Shown: positions 1 through 12,149 of the stretch, in pieces
How positions within the stretch are numbered: the stretch's first letter is position 1
Layout of the letters: every line of letters starts with the position of its first letter
NCBI GenBank assembly: GCA_011109175.1
Contig: RDEW01000025.1
Coordinates: forward strand, 589,990-653,989
Direction of reading: 5' to 3'
DNA length: 64,000 nucleotides
DNA from: Dicyema japonicum
Lineage: Eukaryota; Animalia; Dicyemida
The notes under the pieces: model-generated
Told to the model about the DNA's origin: nothing
What the model saw: only the letters and a program-made list of their open reading frames with translations
Database searches by the model: none
Translations under genes and position numbers: made by a program

Positions 1-858
1 ACACTGAAGCCCTACTTCCAGTTGATCTCCGTTACTATCGTAAGAAGGCAGGTATTACACATTTTAAGTCAGTTGAATCAAATTATCGTTAAATTCTCTC
101 AAACGTTAAATTTAAAAATTCTAAAGTACGAATAGACGTATGCACGACTTATACAACTTCACCTTTTGTATAGGAGGTTGAATTCTTTGAGAAGTTTGGG
201 GGGAAGTTTGGAAATGTCTATTATAGGTTTCCCTTTAGTAATTTCGTTAATATTGTAATTGATACTCTAAAACGGGAACTTTCTCTGGTAGGTCACATTC
301 TGAATGTGGAGGCTCTGTTGGAATTACACTTTGATAAACCATTTGGGGGTGAGTCTATCATCTCCTTCCTGTATTCTATTTTCTTATGTATTTCCAATTT
401 TTCGACTTTTCTAATAATTTCAGTAGATTCGGTGACTTCAACCATTTCTATGCGAGTATCTTCCCCATCTTCAGATTCCTTCCTAAAAATGCAAAAAAAG
501 TTTTCAAAACTTTTCTTCGTTATCTCTGCTTCTAGTTTCAACATCTTCCAGAAACTCGTCATCAATTGTGGATCTTAGATTATTCAGTGTATTTCTTTCC
601 ATTCTCTTTAACAGCAGTAGTCTAGCATTTTTTTTCGTTCAATCAGCTTTCTTCTCTTCATTTCGTGCATACTCATATTGAGCATATCTCGCTTTTTTTA
701 GCGTCCTTGATAAATCAATCATACGATCGACCTCATCATTCTCATCTGATAGAGTTTCGATGGGGGAGAAAGTCTTAAACAGATAATTTCAGTTGTAAAA
801 GTCGTCTCTAAGGTCTTCAGTCTCGTATAGACTTCTATTCGGGGGTAATCGCAAAGAC
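1..858 (-). repeat. Duplicated copy of 40948-41811 (3' exons and introns of an uncharacterised host gene)
   Basis: Colinear and near-identical by eye to 40948-41811, with small indels. ORFs 293-565 and 41240-41515 are almost the same protein. Homology stops at gcaaagact (858 / 41811). Confidence 0.92.
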
Positions 859-1882
859 TGGGAATGACTCTCGATGTCCAATTAAATTTGAAGAGCACTT
901 CTTGAGCCTCCTTATCGATTTCCATAATACAGTAGGAAGTATTGTTCGTAGCTTTTCTGAGCAAAACTTCCCTACGTCCTTTGTTGTGTTTTGTGATGTT
1001 CCGCGTGATTTCTTTGTTCAGTTTTGATATCCTTTCAGTTACGTCCACTGATTGTCTTGCGAAATTCCTCAGATTATTTCTCGTTTTGATTAGATCTCGC
1101 GTTTCAGCATCAATTGGGTGTGTTGGACGTTGAGGACGACCCGTCGGAATGTATCTTTTGCGAGCTCGGAGTATAATCTCGTTGAGGTATTTGATAGCAG
1201 CGTCGATAAATCAGAAGTTCTCTATCCGGAAGGCCTGGAAGTGTAGTTCGGTAAAATGTGTGAAGGTGGGCCATGTTGAGTTTGAGAAGTTCACATTAGT
1301 TCTCGGAGTGTTAATTAACTTATGTTTTTGTGAGATCCTCATGAAGATCGTGTTATAGTCGTATATAAAAACCCATGAAATAACAGCCGTAAAAAAATAT
1401 CTGATGAAGTAGGGGAGTCGGCTCGGCAGGAAGGAGTCCTTGTGTTTTCTTGGATTATTGAGAATGGCCAAGTCGTCAAAAGTGTCGGATATGAGGGCTC
1501 CCCGTTGATCCAGTTGTTGGTCAGCATACCATTGTGAGCTTTTCGAATTTAAGTCACCTCCCATTAGCGTGCTTTCTAACCTGGTGAATCGATTGAGTTC
1601 GGGGCTGTAGCCTCTTGGGCATAACGGTGGAGGGGGTATGTACATATTGACATCTGTCAATCGAAGGGAGGGTAGGCACATTCTCAGATTTAGATGTTCA
1701 GTGTGTCGTCTTGGCGGGAGGGGACCGGGATATCGTCCGAAATATTTCTGGCCATTATATGCTTCCTGATTAGAGCAATAAGGCCTTCTCCTTTCCATGA
1801 CCTCTGTCTCGTCTGAAAACGGAGCATCCCCGATGTTGGGGGTTGGTCGCCCTGGGTTAAGTTTCGTCTCTTTAAAAAGAGC
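859..1882 (-). mobile_element. LINE (I/Jockey-like) APE endonuclease and linker fragment, degraded
   Basis: Minus-strand motifs ALFKETKL, VNMYIPP and LMGGDLNSKSSQW...RGALI match EEP/APE endonuclease blocks. The left end abuts the duplicated host exon and the right end is cut by the Tigger element. Confidence 0.85.
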
Positions 1883-1884
1883 TA

Positions 1885-3647
1885 CAGTTTAACCTCTTTT
1901 TGGAGCGGACCTCGAGGGTGGAACACCTCTGTTTTTGATACACCCTCGGGATTTGGAACACTTCGAAAATTTCATCAGAAAATTAATAAAATCCTTACAA
2001 ATAAAAACCTCGTTTTGGAACACTTATAATTATTTTAATTTAAAATTAAATTTTACAGTTTCTATATTTTACTACAATTAATTTTTAAATCACGTGCAGA
2101 TTTTTGTTCATTTTTTTTCTTGTCTTAAAGTTATCTACACCTTTTATGGGCTTAAAATACGATACAAAAGTTGAAATTGCTAAACTTTTTTTTCAAAAAA
2201 GAAGCATTCAATTCGAAAACTCGCGAGAAAGTTTGACACAAGTAACGGAACAATCTCTAGAATCAAGAGAAACATTGTTCCATTCACAAAAATGGACTGA
2301 TTTTTCAAATGCAGAGACTTCAGAGTCACCTAAGAAAACAAAACATACCCATTTCCGGACCTTTATCAAAAAATCGGTATTATTGTAATTCTTAAAATTA
2401 TTTTCCTAGGACTGAAAGTCGCATCTAGAATCTTACTTCAAAATTTTAAGGCTTCAAATGGTGGCTACAAAAATTTAAATTAAGACATAAACTTAAGTTT
2501 AAAACTTTGTCAGGAGAAAAAGTTTTAAGTGACAGATCTATGATTGATGTGCTTGTAACTCAATTGAATAATAAAATTGACGAATATGGAAAACAAAACA
2601 TCTTCAATTGCGATGAAACATGTCTTTTTTTCAGACGTTGTCCAAAAAAATCTTTTATTCAAAACAATGAAGAATCATTTAGTTTTAAACAGAGCAAATA
2701 AAAAGTAACTGTTTTACTCTGCTGCAGTTATACAGGAGACAAATTAGACCCTTTGATTATTGGAAAGTTTCGTAATCCAAGGTGCTTCTAGAATTTCCTC
2801 CCGTCAAACCATAATGTTGCCTATTTTTCATCCAAAAATGTATGGATGACAAAAGATATTTTTAGATGTTGGCTTCACATCATTAATGAACATTTTTATC
2901 ACAAAATTATTCTGCTATTGGACAATGCTGAGCCTCATAATAATCTGGAATTCTCTAACATAGAATTATTTTTTTCACCTAAAAATACAACCCCTATACT
3001 TCAGCCTACTGGATTTGGAATTATCAAATCTTTCAAGGACCACTATTCTATAAATCTTTAATAGATTTTTTATGTTTCACTGACGATCAAGAATTTTTTT
3101 TGAGTCCCTAAAGAAGATAAATTTACTTCAAGTGCTATTATTGATTTATGATGGAAGGAAGGAGATTACATAAGAAATTATTAATTTGAGAAAAACTGTT
3201 TAACAAACACCAATCCGAGGATTTTAATGGTCATTTCATCAGTGAAAAATTTGAAAAAGCTATCGAATATGTTTTAGAAAAAAATTACCGAGTCAGAGCA
3301 AAATTTTTATAATGGAATTGAGGCTGAATATGTAATTACAAGAACAGCCATTGATAACATAAATAAAGTTGAGGAAAACATTTTAAATATGTTGCGGATT
3401 GTCTTTAAGAATTTTATGATTTTAGAAAAATATTCATGCATAATTTAAAATTTAAATATGGTTGTAAACAAAAAATTACTGATTACTTTAAACAATGTTA
3501 GTTTTCCGTTAAATTATAAGGTTTTTAGTTAACAAAGTATAGTTATGCACTCAATAATAAATTTTTGTACGATTTTTGATGTAACCTCTATTTTTGGAAC
3601 AACCTCTGTTTTCGGAACACTTGGTATTCCAAATGGAGGTTAGAATT
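1885..3647 (+). mobile_element. Tigger/pogo (Tc1-mariner superfamily) DNA transposon with degraded DDE_1 transposase
   Basis: IFNCDETCLFF, VTVLLCCSYTGDKLDPLIIGK, WMTKDIFRCWL, ILLLDNAEPH, PKNTTPILQP, C-terminal KQKITDYF. TA|CAGTTTAACCTC at the left, degenerate GAGGTTAGAATT|TA at the right, and subterminal acctctNttttggaac repeats. Confidence 0.9.
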
Positions 3648-3739
3648 TATATCCACTGAGTGTTTTATGAGAAAGCGTTGTAGTTTGGCTATTTTTGTTG
3701 GATACCATTGATGTTAATTTTTAATATGATTAGATCTGG

Positions 3740-4135
3740 TCCAGGATTTTCCTCGACATCTCCACAGGAAAGGAGTTGGATTCGACACCACCCGCATCTC
3801 AGATTTTTCTTGTTACGAAGCAAAGATTCAGAAGGATACCTAGAAGTGGTTGGAACCTCGTACGTGAAAAGTTCAATGAAAAGTACTCCAAGTGTTCCAG
3901 CCTAAGTCAGCTAAAGAAGATGCTGAAACCTGAAAATCGGACTAACAACGAAAAAAATGGAGGTAAATGTTTCAAAGGGCAAAATAATATTAATGTGGAA
4001 TTTTACACCTTTAGAAATTGCCTAGAGGAACTAAAAGTCCAAATTGAGAAAATTAAGTCAATCCCGAGGGATACTCGAAAACCAACACCAAAATTCAGAG
4101 AAAGTATGTCAGAGTTAATGTTTTGTTGGGACTAA
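3740..4135 (+). mobile_element. Probable N-terminal fragment of an R4/NeSL-type retrotransposon ORF
   Basis: Myb/SANT-like W..VREKFNEKY..LSQLKK followed by IPRDTRKPTPKF. Possibly the 5' part of the element resuming at about 5040. Confidence 0.5.
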
Positions 4136-4152
4136 ATTCTACAATTTATTTT

Positions 4153-4740
4153 ACGAAAGGTAATCAGCCTCTGAACACCTTACGGGAACTTCTGGCATTA
4201 GTTACGCTGAACCGAACCAGAGAACAAGTGGACAACTATCTATCCCCTAGTCACAGTGGATTCAGGACATGAAGATCCACTACGGATGTAGTATGGAGCC
4301 ACAAGTGGCGTTGCGCTATCAACCAGAGATTTGAAAGTGCAACAACAGTCCTGGGAATAGACCTCTCTAGGGTCTTTGACACGGTCCGCCGTGGTCTACT
4401 CAGGATACTGGAAAAATTCTTGGACCCTGATTCTGTCAGTATGATCAGAGTGTTGCTATCTAACACGAAGCTCAGAGTGCGGGTCGGTAAGATGTTTTCC
4501 CGTGAATTTACGTGCAATGTTGGTACTTCCCAGGAAGATAACCTCTCACCCCTGCTATTGGTCATATACATGGAGGCAGCATTACGAGATCTTCGGAAGT
4601 TCTATGATGGCAACATCATCGAAATTGCTTATGCGGACGACGTCGACTTTGTGTCAGAAGACTAATCGGCCCTACTTCGACTCCTCGAGGTGGCACCTGA
4701 TGAGCTGAACCGATGGCTCCTTGGAATGAACACCGCAAAA
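4153..4740 (+). mobile_element. RTE-like LINE reverse transcriptase fragment
   Basis: SGFRT.RSTTD, GIDLSRVFDTV, GTSQEDNLSPLL, IAYADDVDF. Homologous to the minus-strand RT at 58130-59480. Confidence 0.88.
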
Positions 4741-5039
4741 GTCAAGTCCGTAATTTCGTTAACGGACTTAAAGGAAAAAATTTCAAAAATGGAATAAAAG
4801 TCAAGCGGAAAAAAGTCAAGTATTGAAAAAATTATTAAAAATTAAAAAATGCTAGTAGTCTCACAACTTGACTTTTTTTCCTACAATCGAATTTTTATGT
4901 ACTGAAATTAATCGAATTCTTAAAGGGAATATATGAAAGTTGGTTTTATACTGGAATAATCTATTTAATTTTTAAAAAGGATGAATTTGTGACTCCTAAA
5001 GACTCCTAAACGTGTATGCCAACATAATATAAACTTATT

Positions 5040-7140
5040 ACCAAATGTGATAATGTCAAACTCTCAGATTTTGTGGATTCATTTAGGCAATTATCTGACA
5101 ATCAGCTGGGAACGAGGAAACATTGTCAGGGCGCTATGAACAGGCCCTTATTAATCAATGCTTAAATAAGGAGTATGGATTGGCTTGGATTGATGTGAAG
5201 AAGGCCTTTGATTCTGTTGATCAATGAATTTTTATTCATGTATTGGACAGTTTTCAGGAATACCCGTTGATTGATAACTTTGTAAATACCATATTCAAGA
5301 AGTGGACTGTAAATCTCCACTTAGATGGAAGAAAAATTGGTTCTGTAAAGTTGGGACGTGGTATTCTTCAAGGAGATTCATTATCCCCTCAACTATTTGT
5401 TATGGTAATGGAAACCTTGAGCAGAATCCTTAACTCTATGATCCTAAGACTCCAAACTGATCAAGAGGATCCGAATACTCTGGCTTATTCTACTAATCAT
5501 TTGTTTTTTATTGACTAAAGATATTTGGGCTAAAAGAAGATACTGTTATTAAAATGATGAAAGTTGTTCGCGAGTTCTTTCATGTTGCCGGCTTGACGAT
5601 GAATTCGTAAAAGTCAGTCTCTAATGTTAAATCGTTATCATGTATGAGACTCTGGAAGGATCAATGGATATCGATACTTGAGTGTTTTTGAAGAAGAGGG
5701 AAGTAATGTTCTTAAAAACAAAGTTATGGAGTGCATACTTGAAAATGTTAAGAAGAGAAAAACAATGCTTTCAAAAACTATGTTAAATTCTGCGAACTTG
5801 TTTAGTGCAATAAATGTATACGCAATTCCCTAACTATTATATGGACTAATTAATATTGAACCTTATGAATTTGATGATTTGACCAACAAATACGCCAACT
5901 GCTTACGTAACTCAAGTTGCACCTAAACCTGCAAATAGAGAGAGGCCGAATTGGACAGGAAGACTTTTGGAAGAGGATTCACCTCGATTTCTTTAAAGAG
6001 CGAATTAATACTCCTTCAGTTCCTTAAAACTTTGGAAAATCAGTAGGCTGTGTGTTTGCGAAGATCGGGATTCTGCGAGTAATAAAATCAAAAAAATGGC
6101 ACTTGGCTACAATTGCTTCTAAATTTACAATTGCCGACAGGGAAGCATGGATATTAAGTCCCTCAAGGACACTCAGAGGAAATATTTGTTAAATAAAATT
6201 TATTGCAAAACACTACACTCCATTATGTTCAAATGAATGGATAAACCAAATTTCGACCTATCTACTTCCTCAGAATAGTTATTCAAGGGAAATAACGGCC
6301 CACGGAGCGAAGCATTGTACTGTTTTCGGCAAGATAAGAAATTTATTCGCACACACGGGGTCATTATGCAACCATTTTAAAAAGCAGGAAAAATGTCGAT
6401 TATTTGGCCATTCAGTGCGGTAAAATGCTAAACATTGATTATCTCCGAAGACATAATGAAGTGGTAAAGTGTATCCATTTTCATCTTTGTCGAGTTTATG
6501 AAATCAAAAGAAGCAGGAAATTGAAAGGACATTCGGTTCAGTCAATATTTGACGACTGAAAAATGTCTAAATCACAGAAAAAAGTCAAATTCAATAAACC
6601 TGATATTTTTGTTTACGACAAAATAAAAAAGGAAGTAACCTTAATCGAAGTGGGCATTACCTCCCAAGACCGACTAAAGCAAGTTAAGAAACTTCACAAA
6701 TATGACTTGCAAATGAACTTTGGTTACTATGAATGCCAAGTGAAGATTATTCCAGTGGTTTTGACATGGGATGGAGTTGTCTTAAGATGCTTCAAAAATC
6801 ATATGGATAAATTATCTATTCAAGAATCAACGAGGACTTACATCCAATCGGTTGTGTGGAGAGAACGCTCGAAAGAATGTTCATTGAACAAAAGCATGGA
6901 ATGAAGGTATGCGATAAAGAGTACGCATATCTTGCTACATCCCAACTAGTGGAACTGGCATGCCGTGAGGACAGCCCACTGGACTCTAACAGAGATATTT
7001 CGACTGAATCTAATGTGGAGATGGGGAGTAACAAGGAGTTTATGGCACAATTCTTCTAAGAGAAAAAGAGGGATTACAATCCGTTTAATTAGTTAATTTG
7101 GTCGTTAATTTTCTTATAAAAATATATTTTTTTAATGTTA
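5040..7140 (+). mobile_element. R4/NeSL-type non-LTR retrotransposon (RT, CCHC knuckle and restriction-like endonuclease), degraded
   Basis: IDVKKAFDSVD, GILQGDSLSPQLFV, NHLFFID, RRHNEVVKCIH, NKPDIFVYDK..EVTLIEVGITSQD. Many stops and frameshifts. Confidence 0.9.
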
Positions 7141-7154
7141 ATTAAAACTTATTA

Positions 7155-7216
7155 CCTGACAAAATTCTCTAGTGAAGATTACATTATGAAAACTATTCTG
7201 CCGAAGAATGAAGTGA
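7155..7216 (+). repeat. Fragment of SINE family 3
   Basis: cctgacaaaattctctagtgaagattacattatgaaaactattc...gaatgaagtg aligns with 52950-53010. Confidence 0.7.
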
Positions 7217-7756
7217 TTTTATTACTCTGATTTCCAAATTTGGAAATTAATGCTGGAGCCCTAAACCGGGGCACAAAGTATTTGAAATATTCCAAAAACT
7301 CAGAGAACTAATTTTCCAATATCAGGGCCAATCATTAAAAAAAGCTTTATTGTTGCATCAAAAATTGGATTACAGTACTTCTATGTTGCAATTATGAGGT
7401 GAAAAACTTGAACCATTGATTATTGGGAAATATAATGAACCTCGCTGTTTCAAAAATTTCGATTTTAATCGAATTTTTATGTCTCAGGACATCGAAAGTG
7501 ATCTTAAAGAACGTCTTTCAAAACTAAACCTTCGTCAGGTTGTAATGCAGGTTTTCAAAAAGTTGGAAGTTGATTTTGACAGGTGACGTTTCACAAAAAT
7601 CGAAATCTCAATTTCAAATATCGTATTTAAGTGTTGAGGAATAAAACGCCACATAGTAATTGTTCAAAAATGAAACTATAATTTATTATTTTATATAAAC
7701 TTATAAAAAAAATAAATAATATAAAATAAATTATTCATTAAAACGCCCATCTTGAC

Positions 7757-7880
7757 ACTAATCCAACCATACCCTAACCCCTAATATAACCAATCATATC
7801 ATAACCCTAACCATTTACTAATCCAAATCATCACCTAATCCTAGCCATTTCCTAGCCCTCACTACTACCTTAACCGTAAT
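7757..7880 (-). repeat. Degenerate telomere-like (CCCTAA)-type tract
   Basis: Interspersed ccctaaccc, accctaacc, cctaatcc, cctagccc units. Not a perfect array. Confidence 0.6.
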
Positions 7881-8099
7881 TCTATCTATTAAGCTTTATT
7901 AACATAGGAGTTTAATTTCATTTTATAGTTTATTTAACCTTACAAATCAGGGGTTGCCTTATTTTTGAATTTTTATGACAAAAAGTAAACACAACATGAT
8001 GACAAAATTACAAAACAGAAAGGCGTAAAAATTTTAACTCGAGATTATTTTAATTTGTGATATCAACACATTTTTTCGCATTCACAATTTTTCACTTTT

Positions 8100-8940
8100 A
8101 TATACCCTTTTATTTCCATGAAATAAATAAGAAGGGATTTTCTTAGTGGAAGAATGCAAGCTTTTATCATAATTATACACTACCAAGTCCAAACATGAAA
8201 TCCATTCTTTATTTTGTTGTATGAAATGTTTTTTTACAACGTTCTACTTGGCCCTGGGATTGAGGATGCCTTGGACGACTAAACTTTTTTAAAATGTTAA
8301 ATTCTTTGCATAACGAATTTACTAGTTCATTTTTAAACTCTTTCCCATAGTTAGATTGTAAAATCTGAGGAGGTCCAAAACAATAAAAGATAGATCTTAA
8401 AGATGAACAAATAACAGTTGCTTCTTTTGAGACGATCGCTTTTGAAAAACAAAATTTGGAATATACGTCAATAATATTAAATATATATTTAAAGCCATTA
8501 TTGACCTGAGTCCATCGACTTAAATCGACCAATCTTTCTCGAGGAAACTTTGCTTTAATGTGAATCATAGGAATTTTATCTTTTGAAGGTTGGCTTTGTG
8601 CACAAGCTGTGCATTCGGAACATACACCACGTATAATGGATCTTTGATGGTGAAATAATAATTGTCGCAAAATTCTTTCAGTTTATTGATTCCATAATGA
8701 GTGGTCAATTGCTGTTTCATGCATTCTATCTTCATAGTTTAAATATCGTCCTGAGCAATAACACTTTTATGAGCCTCATCATTCGTAAAGAGTTTAAAAT
8801 CTTCCAACAAGAAAAAATTGGCTTTCTTAATAAACCGAAATATTTGCATTCGTGTAAAATTATGGTTGATGATCTTGCATTGTAGATATGAAACAATATC
8901 ATTGTACTCTCGGCGAGTCTTGATCATTTTTTAATATGCA
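8100..8940 (-). mobile_element. Ginger2/KRBA2-SCAND3-like rve integrase (DNA transposon), degraded
   Basis: HHCC-type C.EC.AC, FPRERL.VDL, KYIFNIIDVYSKF, FGPPQILQSNYGKEFKN, RPRHPQSQGQVER. No RT, RNase H or LTR nearby. Confidence 0.85.
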
Positions 8941-9420
8941 TTTTTCTAACACGGGTAATTCGATTTATGAATAAATAGTGAATTAATTGTGATTAATTGA
9001 TTTTAGATGTCAATATCCAAAAAAATCCAAGGTCAAAGTGTAACGCCTAAAATTGGTTAACCTGCATGGAGCGCGACAATTATCAATAATTAGATAATGT
9101 TTTGCTTTGAAATAATTGATTATTTTATTTTATTTTTTTTATTAATTAAATTTTTTAACAATTAAACAAATGTCAGTTGAGGAAGCCTGCTGCGTGGATT
9201 GCGAACGAGTTCCCTCGGAGTGTGGCTATTCCAATCTTTTGTCTTAGCCATAGCCCTTCTCGTTGATCCCTTTTCTTTCTGGCAAATAATTGATTATTTT
9301 ATTTTTGACAATTATTGACATTGATTTCAGCTGTCAAAGGTAACGTAGGTAATTGCTTTGGCTCTCGACATATTTTTAATCATAAAATAAATCTCTTACC
9401 TTTTTTACATTTATATGGTT

Positions 9421-9476
9421 TCACTGATGACGGCGTCACTCGTCAAACCAAAGCATAGAGGTGCGTGGAACCTTCA
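9421..9476 (-). repeat. Internal fragment of SINE family 1
   Basis: Reverse complement gaaggttccacgcac...tttgacgagtgacgccgtcatcagtga matches about 26008-26065. Confidence 0.8.
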
Positions 9477-9943
9477 ATTGAAATGTACATTGAAAAATTA
9501 TGAACTCCTTCCAGGTTCATACACTCAAGACCTAAAAATGTGATGGATTCGGATCAAGAAACCGGAAATGCCCTAAAAAGCTATTCCGAATCGATCAAAA
9601 AAGCACATTATAATTAAGGAACCTCAAAAATCTGGTAAAATTAGGATTTACTGCATTATTTCGGACTCGTGAGCTACTCTGCGCCCTAAACACCTTTTCT
9701 GCTATTAGCAAATGAAGAGTAGTAAACCAAGCAAAATCAGAGTTTTGCTGGGTTTCAGAAAGAAGGAGGACGCCTTGACTTTAAAGATAAGGTAAATGAC
9801 AAGATCCGTCCAAAAGAGGAAATCTTCTTAAATTGGGAATAATTAATTCTACAGTATTTCCAGACAAAAGCAGGCTCCACCAGAAAAAGCAAACCACATT
9901 ATTAGTGGAGGTAAATAATTGTGAACATTAGATAAGTTAAATA

Positions 9944-11893
9944 TTATTTTGTTAAACCAAACTCAATTTCAAGCCATTCAATGGCTAGTTTGCGTTCTTG
10001 TGATATCCTTTCATTATTCCAATGTAGTTCGTGTTTCATCAATTCAATTACTCTATCCAAAATATCATAGGCAGCTTCACTGTTTAGAAAACTAGCACGA
10101 GTTCTTCGAGCAATGACATCAACAGCTCTCTCAGCCATTTCGTATCGACAAGCATATATAACCTCCCCCTCAATGTATGGTAATGAAGAGTGGAGTCTAT
10201 CATTATTCGACAAACTCATAACTTTGCTATAATTTACTCCATAAATTGAAAATAAATGTTTCTCAATTTCATTCTAAATAATAATAATAACGTCATCAAT
10301 AAACCACAAATACGTAATAAAAATTAAACCTTATTTTCGTCAGAATCCTTAAAGAAGGACCCAATTAAAGGAATTCTTGTAGTAATACAGGGTGAGGTGT
10401 TATTAAATCTCCCAACTTGTACCACTCTGTCTATTGTGTCCTCGGCCATTTTTCTGAAGGTAGTAAATTTACCACCAAATTATAAAAAAACAAAAACCCG
10501 CTATTGTGACAAGATTTTGTTTGTCTACTTCAATCACGTGGTTACGAGCTAATGATGATGTGTTTGCTACTGAAGTGTCATAAACAAGAGGACGGAATCC
10601 ACACCAAACAGAAAGGATATCTTTTTCGTTAACTGAATGTCAATAATCAAGAAAACTAGTGAAACTGGTATCAAGGAATTCGCGGAGTTCATTCATAATA
10701 AAGTTAACGTCATCTTTTGGCGCGGCTGGGAGGTCAGAAAGACTTGCTTGAGAATCTGTGGTACCGGCGATGACCAGTCCCTTCCATGGAAGACAAAATA
10801 ACAATCTTCCGTCAGAAGTATCAGATTTTAACATCCCAAAACCGTTATTCCTTATAAATTATTAAATAAAGGAACAGATATGAACCAGGTAAGGTTACAT
10901 GGACTCCCATACTTGGACAACACATTGGTTTCATGTCTCCACTATTTTCCCCATTTGAATGACTCATATTCCTAATAGAATCAGTATAAGGACCGGAGGC
11001 ATTTACGATGACCTTAGCTTTGGTGATAAATTCATTTCCTAAAATTCCACATAACCTTATACCACTAATATTATCTCTGCATCTAACTCCCGAGGCAATC
11101 CCCTCTTCATTTACAATGATATCAATAACGGAAACATAGTTGGCTGCTGTGCTCCCAAATTGATTCATGGCAGTGAGTATCAAAGATAGAGTACTCCGTG
11201 AATCATCATGTGAACCATCAAAATACACAATTCCCCCTTTGAGTCCCTGTCTTTTGATATTTGGGCATAATTCCAAGCATTGGTCTTTCCAAACAATATA
11301 ACTTGGAGATAATAAGTCATCCCCTGACATGTAGTCATAAAGTTTGATTCCCAGATACACATAATACAGTTTCCACCAACTATAATTCAAATATAAAGTA
11401 AACGAATAGACTGGGATTACAATTGGGAGAGCTGAGGTGAGATGGGGGGCAACGTTGAAGAGGTGGGATCGTTCCTGTAAGGCCTCAAAGCACATTTTAT
11501 ACTTGAATAAAAAACTTACAAACTTTTTCATAATCAAAGTCTTTAAATGCCTGTTCCAAATATCTGACTCCTCCGTGGAGTAGTTTTGTGCTTTTACTGC
11601 TTGTTCCACTTGAGAAATCAAATCTCTCCACCAAAGCAGTCTTTAGACCTTAAATAATTATATATTATGACCTCTACTGGAAGCATCAAGGGCACATGCA
11701 CAACCAGTCACTCCCCACCAATAATAAATACATCAAAATTTTCATGCTGTAATTGTCTAATGTTGTCAGATCTGATAACTGGTTGTGATTCTGTTGGAAT
11801 GTCAAGTAATTTAACTTTTGACTTAATACCACTGATATTATAAAATCCAATAGCTGATATAAGCCCTATTGAAGCAATATAATGACGTTTCAT
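9944..11893 (-). CDS. GPD2: Mitochondrial FAD-dependent glycerol-3-phosphate dehydrogenase, multi-exon, with two apparent lesions
   Basis: Spliced translation gives [117 protein letters not shown]. Introns mostly 22-25 nt. One G is missing at 11713-11716 and one acceptor reads TG at 10476-10477. Confidence 0.95.
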
Positions 11894-12149
11894 TTATTAA
11901 TTAGTGATAGCATTTATTTGCTAGAAGGTTGTTTACTTTTATAATCAAATATTACCCATTTAAGTATTTTACAGCTTAAATTCAAATATTAAATAATTTT
12001 TTAATATTATAAACTTTTAAGATTTCCTTTACTATTTAAATAAATCTTATTATAATTTACGTCATTGAACCAAGTTACAGCATATAATCACAGACTTTAC
12101 ATGTGGCTAGAAGGTAACTCCACAAATCCTTTGGTTCTATCATTGCATC

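Noticed and set aside
306-578. Plus-strand ORFs 306-578, 41253-41528 and 41836-42207, and many similar short ORFs in the track
   Set aside because: They are antisense shadows of K/E-rich minus-strand coding sequence or of TE fragments.
3725-3790. HDV-like ribozyme suggested by ttcctcg near an R4-type 5' region
   Set aside because: Could not build P1, P2 and P3 pairings by hand.
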